The notes below the pieces were generated by a model. It was not told the origin of the DNA, did no database searches, and was given only the letters and a program-made list of their open reading frames with translations. This document shows positions 34,065 through 46,198 of a stretch of DNA of 50,095 nucleotides, one piece after another. Position 1 is the first letter of the stretch, and each line of letters opens with the position of its first letter. The DNA is from Octopus bimaculoides (lineage: Eukaryota). The stretch is from assembly GCF_001194135.2 (NCBI RefSeq), contig NC_068990.1, positions 12,301,769 to 12,351,863 on the forward strand. Direction: 5' to 3'. A program made the translations under genes and the position numbers.

Positions 34065-34215
34065 GACAGTATCATTAGAATGTCTGACAAAACACTTGTC
34101 ATATTCAGTTATACTCCTCTATGTTCTTAGTTCAAATCTAGCCATGGTCAACTATGACTTTCATTGTTCCTGAGCCCATAAAATAAAGTACCAGTCAAAT
34201 ACTGGGGTTGATTCG
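34065..34215 (+). mobile_element. Family C SINE, degraded
   Basis: GTTCTTAGTTCAAATC...ACTATGACTTTCAT...ATAAAGTACCAGTCAAATACTGGGGTTGAT. Confidence 0.6.
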
Positions 34216-34559
34216 TCTAATACAGCTTAAATGAGAGTGAAATTATAACAACAAGCAAGAAAACAGACACACACACACACACACACGCACACGCTTACAT
34301 CAATATAGAGAGAGTTTTGTACCAAATGCTACAAAGTTTATGATTCAAGAGCTTCAATATTTTTGTTGGGGAAATTTGAAGCATAAAGCAGCAAATAGGG
34401 GACAAATCTCATCTTGGTCCTAATGCTTTTGTCTTGAAGAAAAAGTTGTGAAGCAGATTAGATTATACAATTACCTCCCTCATCTTTTTGTCATTTATAC
34501 ATATTTATAAATCTCTCAGTTGTTGTTATTGCAGCAATTTGTCATTCTAAAGACAGATA

Positions 34560-34735
34560 TCATTATTGCCATTTAATGTCTGCTTTTCATGATGGCATGA
34601 GTAGGACGGTTTGACAGGATACCAGTGAACTACAGGGCTGCATCAAGCTGCATCAAGCTGCATCAAGCTCCAGCATGGTCTCTACAGCTGGATGTCCTTC
34701 CTAGTGCAAACCACTTTATAATGTGTACTGGGTAT
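34560..34735 (-). mobile_element. Family D1 RTE 3' end with an internal (GCTGCATCAA)x3 slippage
   Basis: TTTAATGTC...GGCATGAG...CTACAGCTGGATGTCCTTCCTA; triplication at 34637-34666. Confidence 0.75.
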
Positions 34736-34860
34736 TCCAGGGCACCCCATGATTAAAACATACAAAAAGCAATATAGTCAAGGGCAGAATTCATTTGATC
34801 TCAGTTCTGTTTTATTTGACCTAACTCGGGATAAACAACAATAATATATGTGGTTATATT

Positions 34861-35030
34861 TTGTAGCATAACTGGTGGAACATGAAGGGGATCCTCCCTG
34901 GGAAATGCCTTTGAAGCAGGACAGTACATTTGGGTCTGCTATAAAGCTTGTGAAGGCTTAGGGTCCCTTGTGCAAGGGACAGCAAACTCGGGGGCTACTC
35001 CAGGTGGCACACAGTCTAGCTACACCACTA
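34861..35030. mobile_element. Possible decayed hAT-like MITE
   Basis: Right end CTAGCTACACCACTA and left TTGTAGCATAACT resemble CAGTGGCGTAGCT-type TIRs after CpG decay; TSD not convincing. Confidence 0.3.
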
Positions 35031-35175
35031 GCCTTATGGTAAGGAAATATATTATAGATGGAGTTGAAAGAAATGGTAGGGTGCTGATCCAAATTCCTTG
35101 CAGTATTCTACATAACTTCATGTTCTGAAATCAAACTCCCTTAGCATTCATTCTGCTAGAATATTGTTAATTTAC

Positions 35176-35363
35176 TATGAGAGGATAAAAGGAAATACAG
35201 GGGGATCAGTTAATTATGATTTTATTCAACATATTCCCCTTTCAGATTCATACATTTATTGCAGCAGTCCTTCAGTCTTTCTAAGCCCTGTAAAAGAACT
35301 CGGAAGGTTGGGCCTCCAACCAGGCTTTTTGCAGTCGGGAATTTTCCAGCACCACCTCGCATA
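35176..35363 (-). mobile_element. Mariner-derived non-autonomous element retaining the transposase C-terminal tip
   Basis: Minus strand: (C)GAGGTGGTGCTGGAAAATTCC TIR-like start, then AWLEAQPSEFF/(frameshift)QGLERLKDCCNKCMNLKGEYVE*, matching the recalled mariner C-terminus GI..L..RW.KC....G.Y.E. Confidence 0.7.
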
Positions 35364-36699
35364 TGAAGCAAATTGTCTTAGAGCTGTTGAAACAAAGTTG
35401 GTTGTCATGAATCTATTGAATTACTTTCTAAGTTTTTGATCATAAAAGTAGTACGGGTCTGATATAAAAGTGTCCAGTTTAGATGTGTTGAAGCTTTTGC
35501 ATGTAAGATTTAGGGATAAATAGTGATATCATGTGTTTAGTAGTCTGTACCATTGTGTCCTTATTAGAAATATCAGTGAGAAGGTTTATATAATGAAGCA
35601 AAAATATAGTGATTCATAGTGAAACTGTAAATACTTCAAAGTTGACAGATGTAAATGGGTGTTCTCAACCAGTTCATTTAAACAATTATGTTTCTCCACA
35701 TATGTGAATGTAGCAACATTTACATGTTTCATATCTTAGAACCTTCACATGTTTAACATCTCAACCCTAACAGGATGCTGCTCTGTACTACTCAACCCCT
35801 ATTTGAAGACAGCCATGGTCAATGAACACCCATAAAAATCTTATTAAATATGAAGATTTTCAAGAAGATGTTTTTTGTTTTATTTCCAGTGATTTTCTTT
35901 CCTTTTTTTCCTTTCCATTTGAGAGATTGTCATAAAAATGGAGTGTTAAATTGTAATGGTTTTTAATGTTCAAAAGGCTTTCTCTTTGTAGTTTTAAATA
36001 AAGAAGAAGATAGTTGAAAATATTTTAGCTGTTGAAAGATTTCCAATAAAAAGGTTTTTAATAAAATTGGACGGTTTAGAGTGAATAGCAAAATTCTGTT
36101 TCATTTTCATTTCTTGATTTCAAACTTTTAAAGACAAAAAGAAATTTTGGTTAAAAGAAAAATTAATGTTGAGACAAGATAATTTATGAATGATTGGATG
36201 AATTAATGGCAAAACTATGGATGTTAGAGCAATGTGATAACATCAGAGTAGTCTGCTGTAAAAACATTACATCGCTGTAGTCTGAAAATAATATACAGCA
36301 GATATCTTACAAGAAGAGAAGATGGTTTAGTTATTAAGGTAGCAGATGACCAGCTGTGAGAGTCGTAATTCAGTCATCATCACTACATTGAATTTATAGC
36401 CAAAGTGCTCACTCATTTGTGGTTAAACTCATTTAACTTTAAGTAGGAACAGTAAATTATATTTTATTTATTTTGCTGACTTCCCTTGCTTACATTGGCA
36501 CTATCGCTGGGAGGCTGTAGACCTTGGAGACCTGCTGTAGATGGTGGGTATAGATTGATTTGAGAGCTGAAAATTGTTATGAACTGAGCTGCGAATCGTT
36601 ACAGACCTGGATTTTCCAAGGCTGCCGAGACACTGCCTGACACTGCCTGAAACGCACATCTTTTATTTGTCTGTCATTGGCCACCATCTTGAAGGAATT

Positions 36700-36860
36700 A
36701 TTTGAATAAATCCTTACCGATATTTACCTTAAGTCTGGTATTTATTCTAGCAGTCATTTGTGTTGACAAACCTTAAAGTTCAAGGGACATGAACAAAGCA
36801 ATACTAGTCATTGGGCGGTATTAAGGGACAAATGCAAACACAAATGTACACGCATACATA
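36700..36860 (-). mobile_element. Degraded family A SINE internal fragment
   Basis: GGTATTTATTCTAG...GGGACATGAACAAAGCAATAC...GGGACAAATGCAAACAC. Confidence 0.45.
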
Positions 36861-37314
36861 CATTATGATGGTTGTATTCTCGTTAGATAAGCATGACCAT
36901 TGCTGACAGGTTAAAGTGTTAAGTGTCAGCACAACACCATAATGACTCTCATTAGCAATCCCAAGAAGCTCAGAGATGAACAAAGAACAAGATATCTAGC
37001 TTGGTAGAGCTGCAGGTTTCAATACAAGTTAACCTTTTCCTAGAGGCATGCCTTGATAGAGACCAGGGGTTCCTCATTCCCAATGGGTTCACTGCAGCCT
37101 CATACACCATCTGTATTTTGTCTAAACTGTTGCAGCTCAACACTTACAAGAAAGACATGAGCAAAGGAGGAAACTCCAGGGAGAAGAAAGATTGAATGTA
37201 ATGGCTAATTGCAAGGAAAGGAGGGTTGAACATACTAAGGGTAACAATAGGTTGAGAGTCAACTAGGTTAGTGGTGTCTGGGCACTGATGGTAAACGTTA
37301 AGATGAAATGCTGA

Positions 37315-37555
37315 TATTAATTAGTGTAGTGAGGTGGAGAGCTGGCTGAATCATTAGCATGCTAGTCACATTGCTTAGAGCATTCCATCTGTCTTTACAT
37401 TCTGAGTTCAAATTCCATTGAGGTTGACTTTGCTTTTAATCATTTCAGATGCTGATAATATAAGTGCCAATTAAACACTGGGGTCGATGTAATGGACATA
37501 CTCCTCTACAAAAATTGTGGGTCTTGTGCCAAAATTTGAAACCAATATTATTTAG
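37315..37555 (+). mobile_element. Family C SINE, full length, GTT/GGT tail
   Basis: GAGCTGGCTGAATCATTAGCA...TTCTGAGTTCAAATTCC...GAGGTTGACTTTGC...ACACTGGGGTCGATGTAAT...CTTGTGCCAAAATTTGAAACC. Confidence 0.85.
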
Positions 37556-38224
37556 TGTTGTTGTTGTTGGTAGTGGTGGTGGTGGTGGTACTACTGCTGC
37601 TGCTGTTGCAGTTTGAATTGGTTCTACCAGGATTTTTGCCTTCCATTTAAAATTAATGTTTTCAACACTTTCAATATTCTTCTGTGCAATTGTAAGCACT
37701 GTTATTTTATTAATTTGCTCTTTGTTTTAAAAAATCTAATCTATTTTCATGTTTTAAAATAATTAGCAAGAAGGGGACATATTTGTTTACATTACTACTG
37801 ATACCGCCACCATTGCTCCAGTGAGCATACTTCCTCATACTTTTCAGGCAGCCATCTTGCAAATTAAGCAACAATAACAACAAAAACAACAACAGCAATG
37901 GCTATGTTCCAAAAAATAGTTTAAAAAATCATCTCAGGACAAATGTTTCTTGCAGTCCAAACAATTCAAAAGACTTTTGTTAGAAAAACTGGAATAAAAA
38001 GAAGAAAAAACACAATACTTTCTTCCATAAAATAATTTGGTTTAAAATTAGTTTTTCATGAAGCTCTGACATTAGGCATCTGGTCTTTTCTCATGAATAA
38101 ATGCTGCAATGAGTTAAGATATGAAGTGGTTGAGTATTTCCCATACATGTCTACCCTTTCTATAATTCTTGAGTTGAACCAGCATGGAGAAAGTGTGACA
38201 TAGCTAGACTTAAGAATTAAAGAT

Positions 38225-38400
38225 ATAGTCCATCTGACAGGCTTCTGTATAGTTTCTTTCTACCCAAATTCATTCACAAAACTTAGGTCAACCCAAGACT
38301 AATGTAAATACACTCACCTAAGATGCCCTGCAATGAGATTGAACTTGGAACATTATGATTCCAAAGCAAACTTTTTAACACTAGGCCATGCCTGTGTTTA
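38225..38400 (-). mobile_element. Degraded family A SINE 5' half
   Basis: GGCTTCTGTATAGTTTC...AAATTCATTCACAAAAC...GATTGAACTTGGAAC...GGCCATGCCTG. Confidence 0.6.
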
Positions 38401-38904
38401 TAATATTTATAGTGGAATGAGTGTTTAAGAGAGCTGGTGCAGTAAACCAAATGTGTTTAATTAATTTTAATTTGACCAATAATGATGAGAGCCAGTCATT
38501 ATCTTAATGAGTCTGTCTGGTTAAGAAAGATAGAGGAGGCAAACCTGGAATTTAAATTGATTTTTAAAATGAATTAAATCTAGAATGGAATGGTGAGGGG
38601 AACGAATATAATCATTGGCAGTGCAATGACAACTCTTGGAATGCTTCTACCTTATTAGGTCTCATTAACAAAGCATGGGTTAAACATACTGTCAGATCTT
38701 AGAATAACTAATGGGATTAGGAAGATAAACACTGAGTACTTGGATAAGTATAATCGGGGAGGCAGGGAAATATTCAGGGATGCTCATGCAGGAAAACCTT
38801 ATACTAAAGTAGTTGCTAACACATACGATGCCATGTGCCCCAAATTTCCAATTAAAATTAATTCATATTGATGGGAAACAATCAGTATTTTAATGAAGTA
38901 GCAA

Positions 38905-39115
38905 GTCTGTAGAATTGTTAGTAAGTTGAAAAAAATGCTTAGAAGTATTTCATCCAAATCATTACTTTCTGGGTTCAAATTCCATTGTGGTTATTTTTGC
39001 CTTTCCTCCTTTTGGAGTCATTAAAATAAGTACCAGTCGAATACTGGAATTGATGTAATTGACTTACTTTCCCTCTTAAAATTCCTGGCCTGATACCAAA
39101 ATTTGGAACAACTGT
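38905..39115 (+). mobile_element. Family C SINE
   Basis: GGGTTCAAATTCC...TTTTGCCTTTCCTCC...AAAATAAGTACCAGTC...GGCCTGATACCAAAATTTGG. Confidence 0.75.
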
Positions 39116-39459
39116 TTTAATTACTGTTCAGGGTGAAGATGAGCAAGGGAGTCAATCTTGGATTTAAATTAGCAAATAATTAATTACATTATGCAGTGAA
39201 GTGTTAGACTGATGAATGGCTATGCATTGACAATACTAACATGCTTCAGCCTTATTAAACCTCAATATTTATGTCCACTGTTTATGGTCAATCACTACTG
39301 TGATTCTCTTGATCATCTCATCCAGTGCCAGTCCAGTATTGATTTTAAGATGTTCTTAAGATCCCTGTAATGATTGCCTGCTCAAAATTTACTTGAATTA
39401 CCATGAAGATGGCACCATACATCTTAAAGTTAGCCAATTAATTTACTTATATATAGCAG

Positions 39460-39905
39460 GTGCTCTGAGTTAATGAGCAGACCTCCAAAGTGGTTGTTTG
39501 GCCAGCTAGAAATAGCAATTATACCGCTTAGATTGCATTCTGAAAATACAAGGACGGGTTTGATTAAGTGTTCTGACAAAGGTTATATCTGAAATAAATG
39601 AATGAATGAATTAATTAATTAAAATAGATATATGATACAGCCCTAAATGGAATGTGTTCATTCATAAGTTTGATAAAATAGAGCTGATCTGAAGCTAAGT
39701 AACAAAGATCCTGTATGTGGTTGCTCAGTCAGCTAGAAATAGAAACCAAATCATCCTTAAATTTTATATTATCTTCTTAGAAGAGAAGAACATATTGGAA
39801 GATCTAATGAGCTAATGTACTATAGAATGATCACAGATGTAATGCCTTTGATCTTAGGGTTGCCTGATCAGGCCTGACCTGGGGCTAAACAACAACTACA
39901 ACAGT
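39460..39905 (+). mobile_element. Two tandem family F repeats
   Basis: Two CCAGCTAGAAATAG / TCAGCTAGAAATAG starts, each ending in ...CTGA(A/CCTGG)GCTAA. Confidence 0.55.
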
Positions 39906-39959
39906 AAAAGCAGGAAATCTCAAGTGACCCTCACTTGAACAACTAACGGTATTTTCTCA

Positions 39960-40064
39960 TTCATAAACATTATTACACACACATACACATATAAAATACA
40001 TATCATACACATGCACACATGAAACATGAACACATATGCAAACATGCACAAGTGCACATACACA

Positions 40065-40096
<32 letters not shown>

Positions 40097-40330
40097 TACA
40101 CACACATATACATGCACTCACAATTAATAGAAACAAATAAGCAAACAAACTGAACAAACGCTCTGCCAAAGAAAATAAAAAATAAAGAGATAAATATTGC
40201 TGTAAAACATCTGGAAAAGACATTGTTTACAATTGTGGTTCTGTACAGAATAATGTAGATAAAGAACTGATGTATTGTACTGCTGAAGAATCCACTCAGC
40301 AGATATTACAACCCCACCTCTAATAGCATA

Positions 40331-40366
<36 letters not shown>

Positions 40367-40576
40367 CAGAGTAATATATTAATATGTATGTATGTGTGCG
40401 AGTACGTGTGTATGTATGAGTGTGTGTATGCATAAGTGAGAGCCTGAATGCATACATATATAGGTAAATGTATATATAAAAATGTATACACACACACACA
40501 TATATATACACATATATAAATATACATATACATAAATGTATATATATACATATACACACAAGCATATATATATATA

Positions 40577-40619
<43 letters not shown>

Positions 40620-40830
40620 CGCATACATATATATATATATAAATATATATATAATGAAGAAATAAATAGTATAGTTATCCGCTTTATACAGTACAACTAA
40701 TTACCACTCTAATAGAGCTTCAGGAATATAAAATTAAGAAATAAATATATATATACATACACATACATATAATATACGTATTTATACACACACACACACA
40801 TACACACATGTGCATGCATGCATGCACACA
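39960..40830. repeat. CA/TG/TA microsatellite clusters
   Basis: Seen directly: 39960-40120, 40325-40660, 40745-40830. Confidence 0.9.
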
Positions 40831-40889
40831 TATATATGCACAAATGCAGAAAGAAAGGGAGAGCAACAGCAGCTTATTACAAGACAATT

Positions 40890-41985
40890 AGAAGTACCAT
40901 TCTTGTCCTCCTTTTTGCAGGACAAGCAGGGAAAATGTCTCTTCTGAGGGCCAAACCACTATACCTGGCGTTTCTATCATTGTTCTGTACAATGCTTTTC
41001 ACAGAACAACATGCCCTCTATTTTGGAAGTCACTCAATAAACTAAATGGAAACAAATGGCTTGGAAGAACTGTGCCAGCCTTGCGTAGATATGCTTACTG
41101 CCCACAAGGAGAGAAGTAACAATGAGGGATATAGTGTATAGATATGGAAATGCCAATTAAAGCTCACTTTTCAGACCTCCACACATCCGTTTATTATACA
41201 GGGTGTCCACAAAGTCTGGGTACATGGAATAAATAAAATCATAACATAAACAATGAAATATAAGAAATAATAATTTCTTGAAGTATGTATTAATCCCCAT
41301 GTGGGTACATGGAGTAAATAAAATCATAACATTAACAATCAAATATAAGAAATAATAATTTCTTGAAGTATGTGTTAATCTCATGTACCCAGACTGTAAA
41401 TAAAATCATAACATAAACAATGAAATATAAGAAATAATTTCTTAAAGTATGTATTAATCCCCATGTACCCAGACATTGTAGACACCCTGTGGTTCTTCAG
41501 TTTGTAACAGAGGAGGCTGATTTCCACTGCAAACTTACATCTACTGATAATCTAGTTCTTATTTCTGAATCTGCTAAAGAATTATAAATTCCAGAAGAGA
41601 AAACAAAGTCTAGAATCAAGAGGTCTTAATGCAAACATAACTAAAACAAATTTTTATTAGCAGGAAATCAGACAAGATTCTATTACCATCAAAGAGTTTG
41701 GCTATTCACAATATGCAAAAAAGGAGTAGGTGGAAACTGTGCTGTGTAACAAATATAAACTATAGGTAAACACGAAATGTGGTGAGATCACACATTGGCT
41801 GACAGAGAAGCACTCTGTGTGTAGCAGATTGTAAAAGAGTAGTTAGCACTGAAAGCACCCATGAAATATATTTTCGCAAATACCTGGAAGGCTCCCTATA
41901 AGTTGTTGACAGCTTCTCTTACTTAGGTGGCCTAATTAGTGGTAGAGGTGGCTGTTCTGAAAGCATAGTAACTAGAGTGAGAAAG
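40890..41985 (+). mobile_element. Decayed RTE-clade LINE reverse-transcriptase fragment, interrupted by a MITE at 41199-41489
   Basis: Frame-shifted remnants KPLYLAF, AFHR..C.LFWKSLNKL..NKWL.RTV.AL.R.A, FII|VLQFVTEE, (S)TDNLVLISES (decayed YADD box), KQSLESRGL, VVDSFSYLGGLISGRGGCSESIVTRVR. Many stops and frameshifts. Confidence 0.85.
41199..41489. mobile_element. Tc1/mariner MITE with 29-bp TIRs and a triplicated interior
   Basis: TA-CAGGGTGTCCACAAAGTCTGGGTACATGG ... CCATGTACCCAGACATTGTAGACACCCTG-TG (2 mismatches; second TA mutated to TG). Confidence 0.9.
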
Positions 41986-42213
41986 TAGTGATGGTGATGG
42001 TGGTGCTGGTGGTGGTGGTGAGATTTTCAGAGTTGTTAGTTCTGCTGGCAACACATGGATAGTGTTTCCTTGTCAAGGACAGATTCTAAGCCAAGGATGT
42101 GATGTTTATATGTGAAGTGTGATACCATATGACAGAAAAAACATAAGCTTTTGAATGTTGAGGATCTGTGAAAAGTGGAAAATAATGAGGCAAACATGGC
42201 CTGGTTCATTGGA

Positions 42214-42373
42214 TACTCTTTACTCTTTTACTCATTTAATTGTTTCAGTCATTTGACTGTGGCCATGCTGGAGCACCGCCTTTAGTCGAGCAAATCGACC
42301 CCAGGACTTATTCTTTGTAAGCCTAGTACTTACTCTATCGGTCACTTTTGCTGAACCGCTAAGCTACGGTGAC

Positions 42374-42408
<35 letters not shown>
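42214..42408 (-). mobile_element. Family A SINE 3' half, young, running into a gap via (CA)n
   Basis: Reverse complement of 2800-2990. Confidence 0.9.
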
Positions 42409-43296
42409 NNNNNNNNNNNNNNNNNNNNNNNNNNNNNNNNNNNNNNNNNNNNNNNNNNNNNNNNNNNNNNNNNNNNNNNNNNNNNNNNNNNNNNNNNNNN
42501 NNNNNNNNNNNNNNNNNNNNNNNNNNNNNNNNNNNNNNNNNNNNNNNNNNNNNNNNNNNNNNNNNNNNNNNNNNNNNNNNNNNNNNNNNNNNNNNNNNNN
42601 NNNNNNNNNNNNNNNNNNNNNNNNNNNNNNNNNNNNNNNNNNNNNNNNNNNNNNNNNNNNNNNNNNNNNNNNNNNNNNNNNNNNNNNNNNNNNNNNNNNN
42701 NNNNNNNNNNNNNNNNNNNNNNNNNNNNNNNNNNNNNNNNNNNNNNNNNNNNNNNNNNNNNNNNNNNNNNNNNNNNNNNNNNNNNNNNNNNNNNNNNNNN
42801 NNNNNNNNNNNNNNNNNNNNNNNNNNNNNNNNNNNNNNNNNNNNNNNNNNNNNNNNNNNNNNNNNNNNNNNNNNNNNNNNNNNNNNNNNNNNNNNNNNNN
42901 NNNNNNNNNNNNNNNNNNNNNNNNNNNNNNNNNNNNNNNNNNNNNNNNNNNNNNNNNNNNNNNNNNNNNNNNNNNNNNNNNNNNNNNNNNNNNNNNNNNN
43001 NNNNNNNNNNNNNNNNNNNNNNNNNNNNNNNNNNNNNNNNNNNNNNNNNNNNNNNNNNNNNNNNNNNNNNNNNNNNNNNNNNNNNNNNNNNNNNNNNNNN
43101 NNNNNNNNNNNNNNNNNNNNNNNNNNNNNNNNNNNNNNNNNNNNNNNNNNNNNNNNNNNNNNNNNNNNNNNNNNNNNNNNNNNNNNNNNNNNNNNNNNNN
43201 NNNNNNNNNNNNNNNNNNNNNNNNNNNNNNNNNNNNNNNNNNNNNNNNNNNNNNNNNNNNNNNNNNNNNNNATATATATATATATATATATATATA

Positions 43297-43545
43297 GTCC
43301 TGTGAACGGATTTCGGACATGGAAACTGAAAGAAGCTTGTCATATGTGTGTGTGTGTCTTTGTGTCAATGTTTGTCTCCCATCACTGCTTGACAACTGGT
43401 GTTGGTGTTTTTTTGTCCCCATAATTTAGAAGTTTGACTAAAAAAAACAATAGAACAGGGGGTTGATTCATTTGTCGAAAATTTTTCAAGGCAATGCCCC
43501 AGCATGGCCACTTTCTAATGACTGAAGCCAGTAAAAGATGGAAGG
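43297..43545 (+). mobile_element. Family A SINE 3' two-thirds, diverged
   Basis: GGAAACTGAAAGAAGC...TG tract...GTCCCCATAATTTAG...CCCCAGCATGGCC...GACTGAAGCC. Confidence 0.75.
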
Positions 43546-43752
43546 TAGAAGATATGCATATGTATCTGCATGTCTGTGTGTCTGTAACAATAATTTCAAA
43601 CAAATGTAAAAGACTTTTATAGATCTACCACAATCCTGATAGAAAGGGCAATAGATATATCAAGCCCCATAACCATAAACATATGTATGTGTGTATACAT
43701 ATGTATATGTGTGTGTGTATGTGTGTGTGTGTATGCCTGTGTGTGTATGCAC

Positions 43753-43822
<70 letters not shown>

Positions 43823-44664
43823 GTATTTGCATACAAAGAGTAAAACTGAAATGATCATAATGATGATGACTGTAATTTTGTACAGAGATATTCAGCTATC
43901 TATATATAGTCACATATACAAAAATAATAATCTATATATTCACAGTTCATACAATATACTCAATCCTTTTCGATATTTTGCTCGTACATCTCTTGAGGCC
44001 TAATTGAATTTTGCACTTTTCTAATAGATGGTATTGTTAAATAGGTAATGCACAAATATTTACTCTGTTGGCTTCTTTCCAATTCTGGTTGATAATTATT
44101 AGCTAGTTACCATTGTTGTTGCTCTTCTTGTTGTTTTAGTTGTTCTTTTTATTGTTGTAATTTTCATGCTTGTTTGTTTCTCTTACTTTACATATATAGG
44201 TCAGTATATAACAAAATCTGTCATGATGGGTAATTTAGGGGTTGCTAACTGTGATGCTATCTTCTTTTAATGAAAGACTAAGCTGGTTGTAAAAGAACCA
44301 TTCCTTTCCAAGTTGGGTTTGTGAGCTTTGAACTTAGTACTGTGAACAAAAAAAAAAAATGCATTATATCCAGACATATACAATACTAGCGTTCAAAAAG
44401 ATGTATGATCTCTTTGTATCCTTATCGTTATTCTTGGTACCTAGTTACAGTTAAATGAACTGAGATTCTGTGAGTGAATTATCAGCACAAGGAACAAAAT
44501 TTGAAAATGTTCCCTAATTTCAAGAGAGAGAAGCTTTTGAGTGCTGGTTATGCATAACTTTGACTTTTTGACCTTCAGAAGGTGAGAAATAAACCTTCCA
44601 CCAGCCAGTGTGCTACAGGTAACATTTCCAGAAGATCTTTTTTAATGCATAAATATATATAGCA

Positions 44665-44890
44665 GAGGTACATGGCTTAGTGGCTAGATAATTGTAAGAT
44701 TGTGGTTTCAATTCCTGGACTCGACACTGTGTTGTATTCTTGATTACATTTCATTTCACATTGCTTTAGTTCACTCAGCTGAAAAAAGTGAGTAATCCTG
44801 TGATGTACTGGCATCACATCCAGGAATATTTGTTGTATGCCACAGAAATCAGGAAACCAGCCTCATGAGTCTATATGATTCAGAAAGGAG
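44665..44890 (+). mobile_element. Family E tRNA-derived SINE
   Basis: TGGCTTAGTGG A box, GGTTTCAATTCC B box; collinear with 3624-3862. Confidence 0.8.
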
Positions 44891-45976
44891 CTTTATCCTT
44901 TTTTTTAAATATATATATATATATATAATGCCAATACTTTAAAATTCAATATAAACTTTTGCTATCACTATCTTTACTCCTAGTACCTATTTACAGTTAG
45001 CTAAAAAGTGATGCTGAGAACAAAATGTCACTGCTAAGGACAAACTGTAGCCCTAACAAACAGATACACCTTTTAAAATATCCCTTCAGTAATACAAAGG
45101 GAGAGAGAGACTTTTGAGTACTGCCAGTGTTTAACTCTGATATTGTGATTTTCAAAAGAGATAAATTTAATCTTTCATTGACCCAAGATACTGATGTATT
45201 GCAGATAAAAAGTCCCAGATTTTTGCCTGACTATCAACAAATAAATGATTCAATTCACAAAGAATTATGTCTACTGCTGAAATATACAATTAAATAATTA
45301 CAGTAAATTTGAAATGAAGACCTATCAGTTAGTAATACTACACAATACATGCTCAGCCAGTTTACTGCTTTTACATTGGTTATCAAGTGACCAAATACCA
45401 AAAGAAATCGACCTTTGCACCTATCTGGCAATCTATCAACCTTCATGTATCTGTATCTATTTACTCTACATAAACTATTAATAATGTTTCAGAAGACTTA
45501 TAGCTTTATTATTGAAAATTTGTAAGCAATACTTCTCCAGATTTAGTTTGTACTCTGCCAAGTTAGAATACTATCTGCAATGTTTTCACTTTACATTCTC
45601 AAGAATTGATGAGCTGATGAATATCACCCAAGACTAACATCTGTCAATCTATGTTTAAAATTCTATAATTATAGCCTACCTACCTACCAGCCATCCTTAA
45701 GCTACATAAATCTGAGACAGTTTCTTCAGTTCTTACTTTCTATAAAACTTTTAGATTTCCTAAAAGTGGATAGCGAGATGAAAAAAGAACATTTTTTTTT
45801 TTCATAAGGTGGAGCATTTTATATCCATGGATAATGCCAACTTCAAAAATTCCTATTAAAAAGAAGAGGACACACCAATTTCTCAGAGCTATCGTTGCTT
45901 AGAGAAGTGAATTTTACCACTCTCTGGTGTCTATATAAGACAAAACAAGTTAATTCAGTCAGTGAAAGTTAAGGGT

Positions 45977-46198
45977 TTAACCCTTTTAGTGCTATGTTTA
46001 AAAAAGAAAACTGCCTTTGTTTCAATTAATTACGGATATGATGAAGATCTTGGTAAAATAACTTTGTCATTATCAAACTGGTATCTGGAACAAATGTCAA
46101 TTGAAATATGTTGAAAGGTTTTAATTTAGGTGATTTTAGAGTAAGAAATTTATATCAGAATCAGAATCGGGGATAGTCTCATGTGAGTTTCGTGTTAA
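45977..46198. mobile_element. Second TTAA-bounded MITE-like element (piggyBac-like)
   Basis: TTAACCCTTTTAG at the left, ...GTTTCGTGTTAA at the right; TIR poorly preserved. Confidence 0.45.

Noticed and set aside
36901-36931. Small hairpin TGCTGACA/TGTCAGCA
   Set aside because: An 8-bp stem is too short for a pre-miRNA and is expected by chance at this frequency.
38660-38860. ~65-codon open frame with a faint resemblance to a mariner N-terminal GRP-type motif
   Set aside because: Similarity is too weak to call without a profile search, and no TIRs were seen.
40818-41045. ORF with a signal-peptide-like stretch (MSLLRAKPLYLAFLSLFC) behind a strong-looking acceptor
   Set aside because: KPLYLAF and the following frames are decayed RTE reverse-transcriptase sequence, not a host exon.
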